Assembly (NCBI GenBank): GCA_049699715.1
Contig: JBNAVB010000001.1
Location: forward strand, 808 to 64,807
Source of the DNA: Candidatus Pacearchaeota archaeon
Lineage (GTDB): Archaea; Nanobdellota; Nanobdellia; Pacearchaeales; UBA284
DNA length: 64,000 bases
Reading direction: 5' to 3'
In this document: positions 60,628 through 64,000 of the stretch, one piece after another
How positions within the stretch are numbered: the first letter of the stretch is position 1
Layout of the letters: every line of letters starts with the position of its first letter
The notes under the pieces: generated by a model
What the model saw: only the letters and a program-made list of their open reading frames with translations
What the model was told of the DNA's origin: nothing
Database searches by the model: none
Program-made: the position numbers and the translations under genes

Positions 60628-60984
60628 TTAACATGTAACATGAAACAAGCCTGCCTTTCTCGCTTCAGTTTCGTTAAAAATTTTTATAGCTTTCGGCGTG
60701 GGTTCTGCTATGAGTTTAGTTCCGTATTTTTCGCAAATTCTTTCAGCACCCTGTTCTAGATGGCATGCCTTGTATTGCCCCAATCCGACTATTAAAACTT
60801 GGGGTTTTGAAGCAAGTAAATCTTTAATTTCTTCTGTGCAAATAAGGTGATGGGTTCCATAATGCTTCTCCCCTATATCGCTTCTTTTTGCAACGACGCC
60901 GTTCCCATCAATAATGATGTCATAATTATAAGTTTTATTGTCTATAACAATTTTGCCGAACTCTGTCGAATTTACCTTTACCAT
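60628..60984 (-). CDS. Mth938-like (DUF498) protein
   Basis: FGKIVID, LIVGLG, TPKAIKIFN, FHVTC. Confidence 0.88.
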   Translation of the reverse strand: MVKVNSTEFGKIVIDNKTYNYDIIIDGNGVVAKRSDIGEKHYGTHHLICTEEIKDLLASKPQVLIVGLGQYKACHLEQGAERICEKYGTKLIAEPTPKAIKIFNETEARKAGLFHVTC

Positions 60985-60995
60985 CTTGATTAAAA

Positions 60996-62921
60996 TTAAA
61001 CGTCGAGTATTGCCTCCTTCGCATGTTCCTCAATGAAGGCGCGTCTAGGAGCAACATCATCGCCCATAAGCATCTGGAATGTGGTGTCGGCTTCTACAGC
61101 ATCTTCTATAGTAACTCTTTTTATCTTTCGTGTGTTGGGGTTCATTGTTGTTTCCCATAGCTGTTGTGGATTCATCTCTCCTAGACCTTTGAACCTTGTT
61201 ACGTTTGCATTGCCCAATTTGTCAAGAACCCTCTTCAATGCTCCGTCTGAATAAACATAATGATCTTTTTTCTTTCGGATTTTATACAAAGGTGGCACTG
61301 CAACCCATATGTGTCCGTTTTCAATGAGCGGACGCATAAACCTGAAGAAAAACGTCAAGAGCAAAGTTTTGATATGCTGGCCGTCGACATCTGCATCAGT
61401 CATTATTATTATTTTAGAATAACGCAGCTTTTCTATATTGAAATCTTCTCCTACGCCTGTGCCTATTACAGTTATCAAGTTTGAAATTTCCTCGTTTGAG
61501 AAAACTTTTGTCGGCGCGGCTTTTTCTACATTCAAAATTTTCCCCTTCAAGGGCAGCACAGCTTGGATTTCTTTGTTTCTCGCCTGTTTTGCGCTTCCTC
61601 CAGCGCTCTCTCCCTCAACGATGTAAAGCTCGGTTTCTTCTTTCTTCGAGCTAGAACAATCTGCGAGCTTTCCAGGCAAGCCACTGAAGCCAAAAGCACT
61701 TTTCCTTCTTACAAGCTCTTTGGCTTTCTTCGCAGCTTCTCTTGCTTTCGCGGCTTCGCTTGCCTTTGTAGCAATTTTCTTGGCGATTTGAGGATTCTCT
61801 TCAAACATCTCTGACAAGCAAGAAGTTACAACAGAGTCAACATAACCTTTTACTTCACTGTTGCCAAGCTTTGTTTTGGTTTGGCCTTCGAACTGGGGGT
61901 TTTTTATCTTGATGCTAACGATAGCTGTTAAGCCTTCTCTAACATCATCTCCTGTGAGAGAGCCAGACTTTATTATGCCTTGTTTCTGGGCATAATCATT
62001 GATGACTCTTGTCAAAGCAGTTTTGAAACCAATAATATGCGTTCCGCCTTCGATTGTGTTAATTGTGTTGACAAAGCCAAAAATATTTTCTTGATAACCG
62101 GTGTTGTATTGAATTGCGACTTCGACAATTGTATGATCTGCCTCTTTTCTGAAATAAATAGGCTTGTGAAGCGGTTCTTTAGTTCTGTTAAGCCACTTTA
62201 CAAATTCTTGGAGGCCCCCATCATAGACAAATTCTTCGCGCTTTTCTTTTTCTCCCCTCTTATCTTCAAGGATTATCCTTAGACCTGCATTTAAAAACGC
62301 TAACTCGCGGAACCTTGTGGCTAAAAGCGCGAAATCAAGTTCAGTAGTTGAAAAAATTGACTCGTCTGGATAAAAAGTTACCTTAGTTCCTGTCAAGCTT
62401 TTATCGCATGAGCCTATAATTTTGACTTCATGCAATGGATTGCCTATTTTATAGCTTTGCATGTATATCTTGCCATCGCGCTTGACTTCAACTATCATTT
62501 TTTTTGACAGCGCTGCAACAACACTGATACCGACACCATGCAGCCCCCCAGAAATCGCATAAGCTTTGTTGTCAAACTTGCCTCCAGCGTGCAATTTTGT
62601 GACAATAATTTCCATGGCAGATTTCTTGTAAATAGGATGTATATCCACAGGGATTCCACGACCGTTATCTTCGACTGTGACGCTTCCGTCTTTGTTGAGC
62701 GTTACTCTTATGGCATTGCAAACTCCAGCCAGGCACTCGTCAACGGCATTATCAACTATCTCATACACGAGATGATGCAAACCTTCCTTACCTGTAGAGC
62801 CTATATACATCGCTGGCCTTTTCCTAACTCCCTCCAATCCTTCAAGAACCTTGATGCTTTCGGCTGTATATTTCTGTTTTTCTTCCTTGCTTTGTTGTAT
62901 TTCTTTTCCTTCGCCAGACAT
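60996..62921 (-). CDS. gyrB: DNA gyrase subunit B
   Basis: VRKRPAMYIG, EIVDNAVDE, GGLHGVG, EGESAGG, PLKGK, MTDADVDG. Confidence 0.98.
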   Translation of the reverse strand: MSGEGKEIQQSKEEKQKYTAESIKVLEGLEGVRKRPAMYIGSTGKEGLHHLVYEIVDNAVDECLAGVCNAIRVTLNKDGSVTVEDNGRGIPVDIHPIYKKSAMEIIVTKLHAGGKFDNKAYAISGGLHGVGISVVAALSKKMIVEVKRDGKIYMQSYKIGNPLHEVKIIGSCDKSLTGTKVTFYPDESIFSTTELDFALLATRFRELAFLNAGLRIILEDKRGEKEKREEFVYDGGLQEFVKWLNRTKEPLHKPIYFRKEADHTIVEVAIQYNTGYQENIFGFVNTINTIEGGTHIIGFKTALTRVINDYAQKQGIIKSGSLTGDDVREGLTAIVSIKIKNPQFEGQTKTKLGNSEVKGYVDSVVTSCLSEMFEENPQIAKKIATKASEAAKAREAAKKAKELVRRKSAFGFSGLPGKLADCSSSKKEETELYIVEGESAGGSAKQARNKEIQAVLPLKGKILNVEKAAPTKVFSNEEISNLITVIGTGVGEDFNIEKLRYSKIIIMTDADVDGQHIKTLLLTFFFRFMRPLIENGHIWVAVPPLYKIRKKKDHYVYSDGALKRVLDKLGNANVTRFKGLGEMNPQQLWETTMNPNTRKIKRVTIEDAVEADTTFQMLMGDDVAPRRAFIEEHAKEAILDV

Positions 62922-63086
62922 TTTTTGGGGGTTTTTTGTTATGTTTTTTTCTTGAATTTATCGTCGAGAATAAAGGTTTTATCGTCGACAATTATAACAA
63001 AGTAAACTATATTTAAAAATCTTTTTGCCGAATTAAGCCTTATTTAATTGATAAAATAGAGAATTAGCAAAAAAGTTTTTTGCTTT

Positions 63087-63998
63087 TTACTTTTTGTGTT
63101 CTTTATGTCTCACAATTTTTTTTCTCTTTTTGAAATATATCATTAGACTTATAATCAATGCCGCAAGAATCACAAGATAATACCAACAAATCCCAACTTG
63201 CCAGAAATAAATCCCCCAACAGAACCCAAACAAACAGCAGTCGGGCCTGCAGGCATTTCTTACACACTTGTAGACCCTGCCCAAGAACACGGGGCCTAAA
63301 GCTAAGCCTTCGCGCTTGCATCCGCAATCCTTGCAACAATTCTCCTGGTTTTCAGCGAGCTCGCATCTCGCATCGCCACATCTAGCAGCGTAACAATCAT
63401 TAGGGCAGGTTCTCCAGTCTTCGCCTTTGTCGGGCTCACAGATTCCGTTACCGCAGGCTGCGCAGTCAATAGGGCAATTTTCTGGCGTTTCATTCTTGTC
63501 TGCTTCACATATTAGGTTGCCACAGAATATCGCACAATCAGGGCATGAAGCATAAGTCTCACCAAGGTCACAAACATTATCATAATCGCAACCTCCACAG
63601 CAATCTGCGCAACAAGTTAGGGCAGTTTCATTACATTCTGCTTGGCAAATCTTATCCCCACAAATACAACCAGGACAATCTATAGGGCAATTCAATGTTG
63701 TCTCAGTGAAATTGAAGCACAATCCATGTATCACATCACAGATTCCGTTGCCGCATCTACAGTCCTGAGGACAAGTAATATTAGTTTCATTATGCTCGGG
63801 CTGGCATTTGCCGTCAGGACAGTGACAATCAAAAGGACAAATACTACAGTTCTCGCCATAATCTTTATCGCAAATTCCATTAGGCGGGTTGCATAAACAA
63901 TCAACACAATTAGTAACATTCTCACACCTGCGTCTTGTGGAATCATTAGTCAAGTCAGGAATAGGTTCGCAAATGCTGTTGTTGTTACATACAGGCGC
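63087..63998 (-). CDS. Cys-rich repeat surface protein with C-terminal TM; 5'-truncated by window edge
   Basis: Tandem CG(N/D)xxC(E/D)xxxxE(T/N)xxxCPxDC units; frame is open to the window end. Confidence 0.8.
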   Translation of the reverse strand, partial: APVCNNNSICEPIPDLTNDSTRRRCENVTNCVDCLCNPPNGICDKDYGENCSICPFDCHCPDGKCQPEHNETNITCPQDCRCGNGICDVIHGLCFNFTETTLNCPIDCPGCICGDKICQAECNETALTCCADCCGGCDYDNVCDLGETYASCPDCAIFCGNLICEADKNETPENCPIDCAACGNGICEPDKGEDWRTCPNDCYAARCGDARCELAENQENCCKDCGCKREGLALGPVFLGRVYKCVRNACRPDCCLFGFCWGIYFWQVGICWYYLVILAALIISLMIYFKKRKKIVRHKEHKK

Positions 63999-64000
63999 AC

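Overview
Chromosomal segment of a small-genome DPANN archaeon, most likely Pacearchaeota/Woesearchaeota-like. This is inferred from the archaeal information-processing genes, the divergent 16S, AMP phosphorylase and bacterial-type gyrase. Core content: aIF5B, eS6, aIF2-gamma, a 16S-tRNA(Ala)-23S operon without a linked 5S, Pop5, ValRS, aRF1, ScpA/ScpB, the rpoE-spt4-eS24-eS31 cluster, FEN1, PolB, RNase HII, uS2, ThrRS, TtuA, GyrA (with an intein) and GyrB. AT-rich accessory genes and Cys-rich or LamG surface proteins are interspersed. Most unusual observations: (1) a tRNA-Pro with an A34 anticodon (AGG), next to a free-standing LAGLIDADG gene and an initiator-type tRNA-Met with two non-canonical introns; (2) a ~40-nt hairpin element found both as the tRNA-Ser intron and in the rRNA spacer; (3) three consecutive island genes, including a hidden HicA, each broken by one missing base in a homopolymer run; (4) a GyrA intein away from the classical site; (5) bacterial-envelope enzymes (Lgt, a lytic transglycosylase) in an archaeon; (6) a candidate promoter-driven structured ncRNA and a recurring palindromic motif upstream of accessory promoters. 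All calls come from reading the sequence by eye; no searches were run.
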